Source: an uncultured Desulfospira sp. (GTDB lineage: Bacteria; Desulfobacterota; Desulfobacteria; Desulfobacterales; Desulfobacteraceae). From it: DNA of 64,000 nt. Shown piece by piece: positions 45,362-54,809 of the stretch. The first letter of the stretch is position 1. Every line of letters begins with the position of its first letter. The notes under the pieces were generated by a model. It saw only the letters and a list, made by a program, of their open reading frames with translations, made no database searches and had not been told where the DNA came from. Made by a program: the position numbers and the translations under genes. The stretch is from the NCBI GenBank assembly GCA_963663165.1, contig OY760175.1:3360001-3424000 (forward strand). Reading direction: 5' to 3'.

Positions 45362-46426
45362 TCAAAGATGGACAGGCCCAAGCCCCGGTTCATCGGACGG
45401 GTAAAGAATGCCGTTGGAAATTTTAAACAGATCCGAAAATGGATCATTAAGCAGATCCAGGTGGCCGTCCAGGTCAGCATATTCGATATTTGACCGGCTC
45501 AGGGCAAAATGAAGGCCGGCGGCAATCCCTAAGGCCGATTCATCCATGCACCCGACCATCACCTCCATGCCGGCGGCTTTGGCCACCGAGTTGATGTGAA
45601 GGGATTCAAAAATCCCGCCCATTTTCATCAGCTTGATATTGATCATGTCAATGTGGCCATTGCTGGCCAGCCGGAACGCATCTTTGAGGGTCATGATGCT
45701 TTCATCGGCCATCACCGGGATATCCACCGAACGGGTTACCCGGCCGAGCCGATCATCCGCTTTTTTGCTCACGGGCTGCTCAATAATTTCAAGGTCTGCC
45801 GTTCTGACCTGCGTCATGAACGCCACGGACTGTTCATAATTATACCCCTGGTTGGCATCAAACCGGAGGGTAAACTTTCTGCCAAACCGCTCGCGCATCT
45901 TGAGAATTTTTTCAGCATCCGCCTCAGGATCAATGCCGCCTTTGAGCTTGATGATAAAAAAGCCGTCTTTCAGATGCCTGCCCACCTGTTCCAGGGTTTC
46001 TTCAAGGGGGAGGATACCGATGGTGATACTGGTGGGAATGCTTTCCCGGTATCCGCCCAGGAGCCGGAAAAGGGGGATCCCGGCCTTGCGCGCCATGATG
46101 TCATAAAGGGCCATATCCACCATTGCCCTGGCCGAAGATGCAAAGGGAATCTTTCCTTTCAAATCTTCCATGACCCTGGCAAGGCAAAAGGGCGATCTGC
46201 CGGTCAGCATCTCCCGGATAATGCCTCGGGCAAATCCGACTACCTCTTCGGGGGTTTCGCCGGTAACAGCCTTATCCGGGGCCGCACACCCCCAGCCGGT
46301 TATACCTGCATCGGTTTCAACACGAAGAATGATGTTGGTGCAGCTGCTGATGGTTTCATAAGCAATGGTGTAGGGTGCCGCCAGGGGCATATCCAGTCTG
46401 AAATGGTCAACTCTTGTAATTTTCAT
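45362..46426 (-). CDS. Dipeptide epimerase / N-acyl-amino-acid racemase (enolase superfamily; DgcA-like)
   Basis: KLK, DAN, EQP, DES, NIKLMK, GCM.E, DLDG motifs. Confidence 0.88.
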   Translation of the reverse strand: MKITRVDHFRLDMPLAAPYTIAYETISSCTNIILRVETDAGITGWGCAAPDKAVTGETPEEVVGFARGIIREMLTGRSPFCLARVMEDLKGKIPFASSARAMVDMALYDIMARKAGIPLFRLLGGYRESIPTSITIGILPLEETLEQVGRHLKDGFFIIKLKGGIDPEADAEKILKMRERFGRKFTLRFDANQGYNYEQSVAFMTQVRTADLEIIEQPVSKKADDRLGRVTRSVDIPVMADESIMTLKDAFRLASNGHIDMINIKLMKMGGIFESLHINSVAKAAGMEVMVGCMDESALGIAAGLHFALSRSNIEYADLDGHLDLLNDPFSDLFKISNGILYPSDEPGLGPVHL

Positions 46427-46498
46427 ATCCGCGCCTGTTTTGGTAAGCGTCATCTGACGGGGGGGGGCTGACGGTCTCGACAAACCCAGTCACAACGG

Positions 46499-47572
46499 TC
46501 ATTTTTTGATGTGCTTTTTTAATAGCGCAACCAGCTCGTCCGCGCCGTCTTCAAGCACATCAAAAGCCGGAAGGCCTGTCTCCCGCCGGGTCTGCGCCAG
46601 GGCAGCCGGTATCTGATGTTTGTCCATGTCTTCGTGGTTGAGAGTGACGGCCATCACTTTTTTGCCGGATATGACCTCAATGGCATTGATCTGTTCGGGC
46701 AGGCCATGAAGGGCATACCCGGGAAAACCGTCGTATTCCCTTCGCATGGGGGCATGCTGAAGGATGACGTAATCGGGGCGTCCCGCAGCCAGGATTTCAA
46801 ACCCGCCCGGATAGGCCGGGTTCATCAGGCTGCCCTGCCCCTCAATCAGAATGATATCGGGATGTTCGTTTTTCCAGGCTTCATATACCGCATGTTCAAT
46901 TTCTCCGGAGACAAAATCATTGATACAGCTGTCCATGATCATGGAATATTTGGCCCCCTGCATCCAGGCGGTCTGGCCGGTGCCCACCATCTGGGCCTTC
47001 AGCCCTGATTTTTCAGCGGCGTGCACGATAATCCAGGCCGTGGTCCGCTTGCCCACAGCGGAATCCGTTCCCAGGACGGCAATTTTAAGACAGGCCACCG
47101 CTTCTATCTTTCCGGTGAAAAAATGGAGGTCATCCCGGTCCGGGGTCCGCCGGATGTCCCTGATCCGGCAGTTGTTTTGCCGGGCGATCCGGGTGAACCG
47201 TTCGTTCTTATAAAGGAAATCATGAAGCCCGCTGTCCACATTGAGCCCGGCTTTAAGCGCCTCTTCTACGGCATCCGCCCCTTCAGCGGGCAGGCGTCCG
47301 CCGTCCGGGGCAAGGCCGATGACCAGTGTTCCAGGCCGCCTGTCCGGACCAAGCCGGTCCATGGCCTCTTTGAAACTTTCAAATATAGGGATGCCGTTGG
47401 GTCTGCCGTCCAGGACCATGCCCGAATCCTTGCCGGCGTAAACCGGGTCAATCACCCCGGCGATCTCATACCGCCGGGTGAAGCGGACCAGGCCGTGGGC
47501 GGTCTTGCCTTCCGGCGTGTTGAATGCGCCGCCGGCATAAACCAGGGCCCTGCCGTCAATGGTGTCTTTCAT
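46499..47572 (-). CDS. DUF1611 protein (DgcN-like N-acetyltransferase)
   Basis: KTA.GL, IG.A..GG, SGLH, GTD.A.GK.TT, TGQT, DF.SG, EGQGS. Confidence 0.88.
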   Translation of the reverse strand: MKDTIDGRALVYAGGAFNTPEGKTAHGLVRFTRRYEIAGVIDPVYAGKDSGMVLDGRPNGIPIFESFKEAMDRLGPDRRPGTLVIGLAPDGGRLPAEGADAVEEALKAGLNVDSGLHDFLYKNERFTRIARQNNCRIRDIRRTPDRDDLHFFTGKIEAVACLKIAVLGTDSAVGKRTTAWIIVHAAEKSGLKAQMVGTGQTAWMQGAKYSMIMDSCINDFVSGEIEHAVYEAWKNEHPDIILIEGQGSLMNPAYPGGFEILAAGRPDYVILQHAPMRREYDGFPGYALHGLPEQINAIEVISGKKVMAVTLNHEDMDKHQIPAALAQTRRETGLPAFDVLEDGADELVALLKKHIKK

Positions 47573-47574
47573 GT

Positions 47575-48648
47575 CTAGTACCTCCCTGTCAGTATGGCCA
47601 CATACCGATCATTGGAAAAGGGTTCTTTTTCATGTTTTTCCAGCATGGCCACCAACCCGGCCGTGGATGCGGGCAGAATCCGGTAGCCCTCTTTTTTATG
47701 AAGAAACGTGCTCATTTCTTTCATTTTACGGTCACTGATATGGCGGGCATCCCCATTGGTCTGCCGAAGCGCCCACAGGGCCTCATCCCCGTCAAAACTG
47801 TGCCAGTTGATCAGGGGCTCGTTGATGGCCGTTTCCTTAAGCTTTTCCGGATCAATGTCGCGGCATTGATCATATCCTGCCTTAAAAGAAGAAATAATGG
47901 GATTTTTATGGGCCGACGACCCGGCCACAAAAATGGGAACCCGGGAGGTTTTCCCGCGTTTATGAAGGCTGACAAATCCCCTGTAAACGCCGGCCAGAAG
48001 TGTCCCGTTGGACACGGGGGCGGCGACATACTTAGGGGCGTCCCTGAGCTGGTCGTAAATTTCATTGGCTATCTGGGCATAGGCGGATATCTGAAGAGGG
48101 GTATTGGCCCCGCCCGGGTTGGCGTCATACCATCCGTTTTCACCGGCCAGCCGGCTGGATTCCCGGACCGTATCCTCGTAGGAACCCGGCAGCCGGATAA
48201 TCTGTGCGTCAAATGCTTCCATCTCTTTAATCCGCTCGGTATGATAGGAATCCGGAATATAAATCCGGCATGACAGTCCGGCAAGAAAAGCGGCAAAGGC
48301 CACCGCAACCCCGTAGTTCCCGCAGGTGGCCAGGGAAATAACGTCATATTCCCGCCTGAAGGCGTCATGAACCTGGGCAAAGGCGATCCGGTCTTTCTGG
48401 GTGCCCGAGGGGTTTTCCCCTTCAAATTTGATGTAAAGCTGATGGATGTCCAGTTCCCGCTCCAGATTGCGGGCCCGGTTCAGGGAGGTGTCCCCGATCT
48501 CCATGCTGGTAATATCCTCAAAGGATTCAAGGCGGTCCACCATGGAAAGGCTTTTATCCTTTATGGATTCGCTTAAGGCCCGGACCTCTTTTGTAACCGT
48601 TATCTGAGCGGACCTGACGCCGTCCAGAAGATTCATAACTTTGTTCAA
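47575..48648 (-). CDS. Fold-type II PLP enzyme (threonine synthase-like)
   Basis: G.T.L, KFEG.NPSGT.KDR, ATCGNYG, PVSNGT. Confidence 0.85.
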   Translation of the reverse strand: MNKVMNLLDGVRSAQITVTKEVRALSESIKDKSLSMVDRLESFEDITSMEIGDTSLNRARNLERELDIHQLYIKFEGENPSGTQKDRIAFAQVHDAFRREYDVISLATCGNYGVAVAFAAFLAGLSCRIYIPDSYHTERIKEMEAFDAQIIRLPGSYEDTVRESSRLAGENGWYDANPGGANTPLQISAYAQIANEIYDQLRDAPKYVAAPVSNGTLLAGVYRGFVSLHKRGKTSRVPIFVAGSSAHKNPIISSFKAGYDQCRDIDPEKLKETAINEPLINWHSFDGDEALWALRQTNGDARHISDRKMKEMSTFLHKKEGYRILPASTAGLVAMLEKHEKEPFSNDRYVAILTGRY

Positions 48649-48990
48649 AACCGTGGATGTATCCTTAAAAATTTAAAAAAAGGTCGATAAAAACAATCCT
48701 TCTTGGGTGTCCATTCTTCCAGGCAGCGGGCCTTGACCGGAATAACACGAAAATTCAAAGGGTTGTTACCCCCTTTAGAATAGACCTGCCCATCAGGGTA
48801 TCCTCTCCTGAACCGATATTTTATCGGATATTAAATATGACCGGAACAGAGTCAAGAGAGGCGTAAAAAAATACTGGAAAATACGAAAATTGCCGGTTCA
48901 TCCGGTACGGTTTTGGGCGGAAGGTTTTCGGAGCAGCCCCCTGATGTCCGGGCTTCCCGCCCGGTCCGGCCACAGGGCTGCCGGCCGGTC

Positions 48991-49317
48991 CTACTCGGGC
49001 TTGAATGTATCAGCGTCCTGCGGCACAGTGTGTGCGGTTTCGTGGGGTAGGGTCTGCGGGTCTGCCGTATTTGACCCGAACGTAGTTGAACTGCCTTTAG
49101 TGAACCCATCGGCCCCGAGCGAGTCGCTGGACTTCTGTGCTTTCACACCGTCGTTGACTCTTACACCGGACAACTCTGCGCCCAGCGACGTCTTGATTTC
49201 ATCCTGATGGGGGGCCGGGCATGATTGACACGCCGAACCCACGGGCTGGTCCGAGAAGTTGGCTTCGGAGTCCCTCCGGGCCTGTGCCATAGCCCCGCTT
49301 GTGCCGGTATCGGTCAT
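48991..49317 (-). CDS. Short DUF4157 (eCIS core)-like protein, possibly truncated
   Basis: G.ELSGVRV...A.....LGA.GFT.G....FG......TL.HETAH.V.Q matches the DUF4157 pattern with HExxH. Confidence 0.65.
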   Translation of the reverse strand: MTDTGTSGAMAQARRDSEANFSDQPVGSACQSCPAPHQDEIKTSLGAELSGVRVNDGVKAQKSSDSLGADGFTKGSSTTFGSNTADPQTLPHETAHTVPQDADTFKPE

Positions 49318-49709
49318 GCCGTTTCCTCCGGTTCGGCCGGAACAATACCGCCGGCCTGTTCAGAGTGCAGCTGCGCCTGGTCAAAGAGGCGTTCCGCCTT
49401 GACCGGGGGATCAGTAATCTGCTCGTCCTGAAGAATCCCGGCCGCCCAGGACAGCTCTTTGTCTGTGTCAAAATCGCGCCCAAAAGCAAACATCACGTCA
49501 ATATAGCGGCACACGTCACGTTCGGCTGTTATACCGTAGGTTTCAGCCCTCTCCATCCCGTGTTGTACCGCCTTGCGCGTCTCCTGCTCGCCCAACGCCG
49601 CCACCGGGTCAGGGAAACACCTGAGCAGATGCGCCACCATCCGGTCCTCGAACTGCCTGCGCGCGTACTCAAAGAATGTTGCCATCTGTTCAGACCGAAT
49701 ACAAAGCAT
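49314..49709 (-). CDS. Hypothetical protein resembling the C-terminal domain of DUF4123/T6SS-locus proteins
   Basis: ML.IR.EQM..F......FE..M..HL...FP....LGE...G..RA..YG...ERDV..Y...MF..G.DFD.D....WA; RBS GGAG; ATGA overlap with the next gene. Confidence 0.65.
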   Translation of the reverse strand: MLCIRSEQMATFFEYARRQFEDRMVAHLLRCFPDPVAALGEQETRKAVQHGMERAETYGITAERDVCRYIDVMFAFGRDFDTDKELSWAAGILQDEQITDPPVKAERLFDQAQLHSEQAGGIVPAEPEETA

Positions 49710-49854
49710 GCTTAACTCCATCGCACAAGAATAGGGATTTGCTTTTTGCCAAAGAAAGCATCAAAAATCCCGAAAGTTTAAATATTAGATCTCCCCTGGC
49801 ATAGGCACAACATGTTGTGTTTGTAACAGGGGCAAAAACTTAAGTCAAGACAGA

Positions 49855-49960
49855 AAGAAAGGAGTCGAAGCCCCTCTGTGGTGTTTGGCGAAAGCCAAAC
49901 CTCGGTGCCCTCTGTGGTTTAAAAATATGAAATCCCGAAGGGGCTGAATTATTCTTCTTT
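49855..49960 (-). repeat. Repeat family A, partial copy 3
   Basis: Matches about 29304-29410 (cgaagcccctctgtg..tttggcgaaagccaaacctcggtg..cccgaagggg..ttcttcttt). Confidence 0.88.
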
Positions 49961-49985
49961 TATTTGTTTAACACGTTCTTAATGC

Positions 49986-50037
49986 TTGACAATTTAATAC
50001 AGGCGTATTAAATCCATTGATTAATACAACCGTATTA
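49986..50037 (+). promoter_or_regulatory. -35 box with tandem TetR-type operators
   Basis: TTGACA at 49986; palindromes ATTTAATAC-AGGC-GTATTAAAT (49992-50013) and TAATAC-AACC-GTATTA (50022-50037). Confidence 0.75.
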
Positions 50038-50055
50038 TTTTTGAAAGGATCATTC

Positions 50056-50715
50056 ATGCCAGAGTCTACCCCCCCAAACACACCCCAAAAATTAGTGGGT
50101 GCCGGCATCAGGGTTTTTGCGAAAAAGGGATACCGGGACGCCACGGTTAGGGAAATTTGCAAAGAAGCAGGGGCCGCCAACATTAATGCGGTCAATTATT
50201 ATTTCGGTTCCAAGGAAAAACTGTACCGTGAAATTCTGGACACCATTTTTTCCGCGTATGACCGGTTTGACCAAGAAAACTGGGGCCGAAAAACACCCCG
50301 GGAGCAACTAAGGTCAATGATCTCAAACTTCTGCAACATGCTTTACAAAAACAATGCGTTCGCCTCGGACATTACATCCATTTTTATTTCCGAGATGACC
50401 CGGCCCTCCCCGTTCATCAAGGAACTGGTGGATACCTATAACCGGCCCCGGATCAAGCGGCACTTAAAAATGTTCCGGGACCTTTTAGGGGCGGACGCGA
50501 CAGATGATATGGCCCGGGACTGCCTGGTGTCTGTGGCCGGGCAGCTGCTTTATTACAGCTTTGCATGGCCGGTTTTTTCCCGGCTGTTTCCGGATTATTC
50601 CGCTGATGAGCGGTATGAACAATGGGCCGCCCATGTATATGAATTTTCTGTGGGAGGCATTGAGGCCATGCAAAACCGCATCTTCAAAGAAAAGAGGGAT
50701 ACCAATGGGAATTAA
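50056..50715 (+). CDS. TetR-family regulator (CecR/DUF1956-like)
   Basis: FA.KGY..ATVREIC.EAG..N...VNYYFGSKE.LY. Confidence 0.9.
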   Translation: MPESTPPNTPQKLVGAGIRVFAKKGYRDATVREICKEAGAANINAVNYYFGSKEKLYREILDTIFSAYDRFDQENWGRKTPREQLRSMISNFCNMLYKNNAFASDITSIFISEMTRPSPFIKELVDTYNRPRIKRHLKMFRDLLGADATDDMARDCLVSVAGQLLYYSFAWPVFSRLFPDYSADERYEQWAAHVYEFSVGGIEAMQNRIFKEKRDTNGN

Positions 50716-51871
50716 GCTTGAATCACAGCCGTTTATAGAGAATGCCGTTAAAACATCCGGTCTGGCGGATTTCGGGGGAGATACATTTAAACCGGGCCTT
50801 GAAGCCCTGATCAAATCCCTGAACACCGACCTGGATCTGGCTGAAGGCACTGCAGGTTATTTTCAGCAGATGATCACCCAGATCCTTATCAACCGGCTGC
50901 AGGTTACCCGGTTGATTAAAGACCATCCTGAAATTCAAGACGAAAAAATAAAGGCCCCCGTTTTTATCGTTGGACTGCCCAGGACCGGCACCACCATGAT
51001 CCAGACCCTGATGGCCCTGGACCCCTTGTCCCGGTTCCTGAGAAATTTTGAATCTGCAGGGGCTGTCTGCCCGCCGCCGTCTTTATTGCCCCACAGGCCT
51101 GATCCCAGAATTCAGACCGGTCACGATGCCATGGAAGGATTATTCTCAATAAAACCTGAACTGCGGGGCATTAACGGAATTAATTTCATGGCCCTGGGCA
51201 CCGCGGAATGCCAGAACCTTATGGCCCACGAATTTGTCCATGCGGGCTGGAGCACCGGGTCCAGCCTGTTCGGTCATGGCAATTGGGTGGGGGACTGCGA
51301 CATGACACCGGCCTATGGCTGGCACAAACGCCTGCTCCAAATGTTCCAGTGGAGACTCCCCAACGAACGATGGGTGCTCAAGGCACCGGTTCATCTGTTC
51401 GGCCTGGAGCCCCTTTTGAAGACCTATCCGGATGCCAGAATCATATTTACCCATCGAGACCCGTTTGAGGCCATGCTGTCCGGCGTCAGCATGACTGCCC
51501 ACTGGACTGAGCTTACCACAGGACAGGTGGATATCCCGGCCATAGCAAACTGGTATCCTGCCCTTTGGGCCAAGGGGCTTGAGCGGGGCTTGGCGGTCAG
51601 GGATACATTGAGAAAAGAACAGGTTTTTGATGTATTTCATGCCAACCTGAGCCATGATCCGGTCAAATCCATAAAAAAAATTTACGAACACTTTGATATC
51701 CCCTTCAGTCAAACGGTCCAAAAACGGATACAGGTCTGGCTGAGGGACAATCCCCGTTCAAAATTCGGCCGCCACGTCTGCAATGCTTCTGAACTGGGAA
51801 TAGACCCGGACCGGGAAAAAGAACGGTTCGGTTTTTATCTTAACCGCGTTAACTTTGCAGGAGGCGACTAA
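50705..51871 (+). CDS. Sulfotransferase-family protein
   Basis: PAPS-binding loop FIVGLPRTGTT, WVLKAP.H, YPDA.I..THRDP. Confidence 0.88.
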   Translation: MGIKLESQPFIENAVKTSGLADFGGDTFKPGLEALIKSLNTDLDLAEGTAGYFQQMITQILINRLQVTRLIKDHPEIQDEKIKAPVFIVGLPRTGTTMIQTLMALDPLSRFLRNFESAGAVCPPPSLLPHRPDPRIQTGHDAMEGLFSIKPELRGINGINFMALGTAECQNLMAHEFVHAGWSTGSSLFGHGNWVGDCDMTPAYGWHKRLLQMFQWRLPNERWVLKAPVHLFGLEPLLKTYPDARIIFTHRDPFEAMLSGVSMTAHWTELTTGQVDIPAIANWYPALWAKGLERGLAVRDTLRKEQVFDVFHANLSHDPVKSIKKIYEHFDIPFSQTVQKRIQVWLRDNPRSKFGRHVCNASELGIDPDREKERFGFYLNRVNFAGGD

Positions 51872-52030
51872 TTGCTACCTGGTTCTCAATTTTAAAATCA
51901 TCTGGGTCATCTGCTGTGATTTTAAGATACTGGAGAGCTAACCTGGACAAAAAGGCAGCAAGGAAAACCGCGGCGGAACCCTTTTGAGCCCGGACTCAGC
52001 GCCAAGGCTATGTTCATTGTTCAATGACGG

Positions 52031-52888
52031 TTATAATTTTTCGATAATTTTTTCCAATGCCGCATTAAATTCTGCGGGGGTTACCCGGGGAATGAAATGG
52101 CCTGAGCCGGGAATCAGGACAACATGGTCATGCAGCGTTTTTTCGTTACCTTCCGGGCCACCGTTGATGTTATATAGCATTGGTGAAAACTTTTTAAGCT
52201 CAACCGGCTCTTTTTGTGAATTCCATTTGATGCATTCATACAAGGAACTGATTCCCATCTTATGATCAGCGGCCAACATAGATTGATAAGTTGAATTGAC
52301 CATATCCGGGTCTGCACCCGGCACAAACATTGACCCCACCGTTTCCTTCAACGCCGCCGGATAATCTTTTTTCAGTTTCTCAAGAAATGCCATTTTCATT
52401 TTTTCCGGAACAGAGGCAAGCGGCGTATAGAATGCATCAACGGCAACGATTCCAATCACTTTTTCCCCGAGCAGTTTGGCCGCTTCGATCACTATGGGGC
52501 CGCCCATGGAATGGCCGACAAGCACTATTTTTTTAGCGTCAACCTTGTCGGAAACCGCTTTCACATCCCGGGCAAATGCCGGCATTGTAAATTTCTGACG
52601 GTCGGTTTCAGAGTCCCCGTGGCCTGCCAGATCCAGCCAAACCACCTTATGGTTACGGGAAAAATAATCCATCTGATGCTGCCATACGGTATGATCACAC
52701 AACCAGCCGTGAACGAACAAAAGGGTGGTTTCCCCCTGCCCGCAAGCCCCATACGCGATACGGGTACCGGCAGATTCGGCGAATAATTTTTCAGGCTGGC
52801 CGACCGGGCTGTTTTTGGCGCAGCCCGGCAAAAACAGCCCTATCATTGCGGCCATCAGGTAAATGGCAATTGTCTTATTTTTTATCAT
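52031..52888 (-). CDS. Alpha/beta hydrolase, probable lipoprotein
   Basis: LPGC lipobox, FVHGW, DLAGHG, GHSMGG nucleophile elbow, GSGHF. Confidence 0.88.
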   Translation of the reverse strand: MIKNKTIAIYLMAAMIGLFLPGCAKNSPVGQPEKLFAESAGTRIAYGACGQGETTLLFVHGWLCDHTVWQHQMDYFSRNHKVVWLDLAGHGDSETDRQKFTMPAFARDVKAVSDKVDAKKIVLVGHSMGGPIVIEAAKLLGEKVIGIVAVDAFYTPLASVPEKMKMAFLEKLKKDYPAALKETVGSMFVPGADPDMVNSTYQSMLAADHKMGISSLYECIKWNSQKEPVELKKFSPMLYNINGGPEGNEKTLHDHVVLIPGSGHFIPRVTPAEFNAALEKIIEKL

Positions 52889-52944
52889 AGTTATTGAAAC
52901 GGCTTTTTGAATCACAGATCTATTTTCCCCCATTATCAGGCCTC

Positions 52945-53685
52945 TCAACCGATTAAAATCATCCCGCAGGCAGGTTTAGACTTTTCAGATTTCCATCCTG
53001 CCAGTTCCATCAATTTTTTAACGTTTATGCCGAAACCGGACATGGATTGTCTTGCCATATCAGGATGTCTGCATTCGCCTTCACCGGACAGCACATTACA
53101 TTTTATGTGTTCCCCGCAAAATAATTTTTTACATGAACCGGCCGCATAAGCACAGGATTTTTCATACCCCATTTGCTTTGCCTTATTTTCAATGGATGAT
53201 CCGATTTCATGCAGCAGCCTGAATATTTCAATCCGCTGATAGGAGTACATAATATCTGAAGGGACTGAAATCTTAAATACCATAGCATCGGTATACTGTT
53301 GAATCCGTTTGCGAAACCCATCAGGGCCGCTCACATTGGGCGGACACCTGAATGAGGCCCCATAATTTTCACACGCTGGATTTTGACACAATGCCGCCAG
53401 CTCATCGCTGATTTCAATGTTATGGGACATGATCCATGCCGCGTCGGTTGCGCCCAGGCTATGGGCTGTTTGTAACAGCACTTCAAAATTTATTCGGTCT
53501 CTTGGTTTAAGGCCACCGTTTTCATCCGTTGATGCGGACCTTGCTGATAAATATTCTTCCCAGGGGTTGCAAACCGGTTTTGCGGCCCAAAGCCTGTCAA
53601 TGTAACAATCTTCACATAAAATTTCTTCCTTATACTTTCGTTTCTCACCTTCCGGGATCGCTGCGTTGCACTGGCGGCATTTCAT
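52945..53685 (-). CDS. DUF2284 metal-binding protein with an extra N-terminal CxxC..CxxC module
   Basis: C..P.C..YG....CPP, GSC...C, C.HP..AR.SM...GI.V; N-terminal MKCRQC...LCEDCYID. Confidence 0.8.
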   Translation of the reverse strand: MKCRQCNAAIPEGEKRKYKEEILCEDCYIDRLWAAKPVCNPWEEYLSARSASTDENGGLKPRDRINFEVLLQTAHSLGATDAAWIMSHNIEISDELAALCQNPACENYGASFRCPPNVSGPDGFRKRIQQYTDAMVFKISVPSDIMYSYQRIEIFRLLHEIGSSIENKAKQMGYEKSCAYAAGSCKKLFCGEHIKCNVLSGEGECRHPDMARQSMSGFGINVKKLMELAGWKSEKSKPACGMILIG

Positions 53686-54024
53686 ATGATTCTTCCTATT
53701 CAAAACAGAGTGCGGGCATCTGCGGCTTTCCCGCGGCCCGTTTTTATTCTGCATTCATATTCTGACTTCCTGAAGACTATAATCCGGCTAACGATGAAAA
53801 GCCATCACCCTTTTGGGGGATATTCAGCAACATTGCTGAAATTCGTATGTTTTTTTAAGGCCGTTCCGCCCTTGTTTTCGGACCATACTTATGGTACCGA
53901 ATACCCTGTTTACAAGACTCATTTATAAGGGACATTCCATAAGTTCATGCCCTTACCGGCCTTACACTGCCTTTTCTTCCGGCCACAGGGCACAGTCCCG
54001 CCACCTTAAAACCGGAGGGTTCAA

Positions 54025-54801
54025 ATGGATTACGAAGAGATCACTTTTTCCAAGGCCGATGACATTGGGATTTTAGCCCTTGACACCCCTGAAAAGATCA
54101 ATGCCCTTTCCCGGCAAAAAATCAATGAAATCATCCATGCCCTGGAACGGGTAGCAGAGGATGAATCCGTTAAAGTGCTGATTCTCAAGGCCAATGGAAA
54201 ACATTTTTGCGCCGGACACGACCTGTCTGAAATGGTGGACCAGGGGACCAAAGAGTACAAGATTATCTTTGACCGGTGTACCCGGATGATGATGATGCTC
54301 CACGAAATCCCCCAGCCCGTGATCTGCCAGGTCCAGGGAATTGCCACTGCTGCCGGCTGCCAATTGGCGGCCTGGTGCGATCTGGTGGTGGCGGCGGACA
54401 ATGCCAGGTTCTCCACCCCCGGGGTCAAGATCGGCCTTTTCTGCACCACCCCCATGGTGGCCATTACCCGGGCCATCGGCAGAAAGGCAGCCATGGAGAT
54501 GCTGCTTACCGGCCGGGATTTTCCCGCATCCGAGGCCAGGGAACTCGGCCTTGTCAACCGGGTGGTCCCTCTGGAAAACCTGGACACGGAGACCATGGAC
54601 CTTGCCCGGCAGATTTCCCAGGCCAGCGGGTTTGCTCTGGCCATCGGCAAACAGGGACTTTATGCCCAGGCCGACATGACCGATGCCCAGGCCCTGCACT
54701 ATGCCAAACATACCATTGTGATGAACAACACCTCTGAAGATGCCCAGAACGGCATCAACGCGTTTTTGAATAAAACTTCGCCTGTGTGGAAGGACCGGTA
54801 G
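54025..54801 (+). CDS. Enoyl-CoA hydratase/isomerase (ECHDC3-like)
   Basis: FCAGHDL, ATAAGCQL...CDL, F.TPGV.IGLFC.TP. Confidence 0.92.
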   Translation: MDYEEITFSKADDIGILALDTPEKINALSRQKINEIIHALERVAEDESVKVLILKANGKHFCAGHDLSEMVDQGTKEYKIIFDRCTRMMMMLHEIPQPVICQVQGIATAAGCQLAAWCDLVVAADNARFSTPGVKIGLFCTTPMVAITRAIGRKAAMEMLLTGRDFPASEARELGLVNRVVPLENLDTETMDLARQISQASGFALAIGKQGLYAQADMTDAQALHYAKHTIVMNNTSEDAQNGINAFLNKTSPVWKDR

Positions 54802-54809
54802 CCTGGCCG

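Noticed and set aside
45596..46471. Long antisense or alternate-frame ORFs (e.g. 45596..46471, 22285..23142, 54073..54813, 55258..56043)
   Set aside because: Shadows of well-supported genes in GC-rich coding DNA, with no recognisable motifs.
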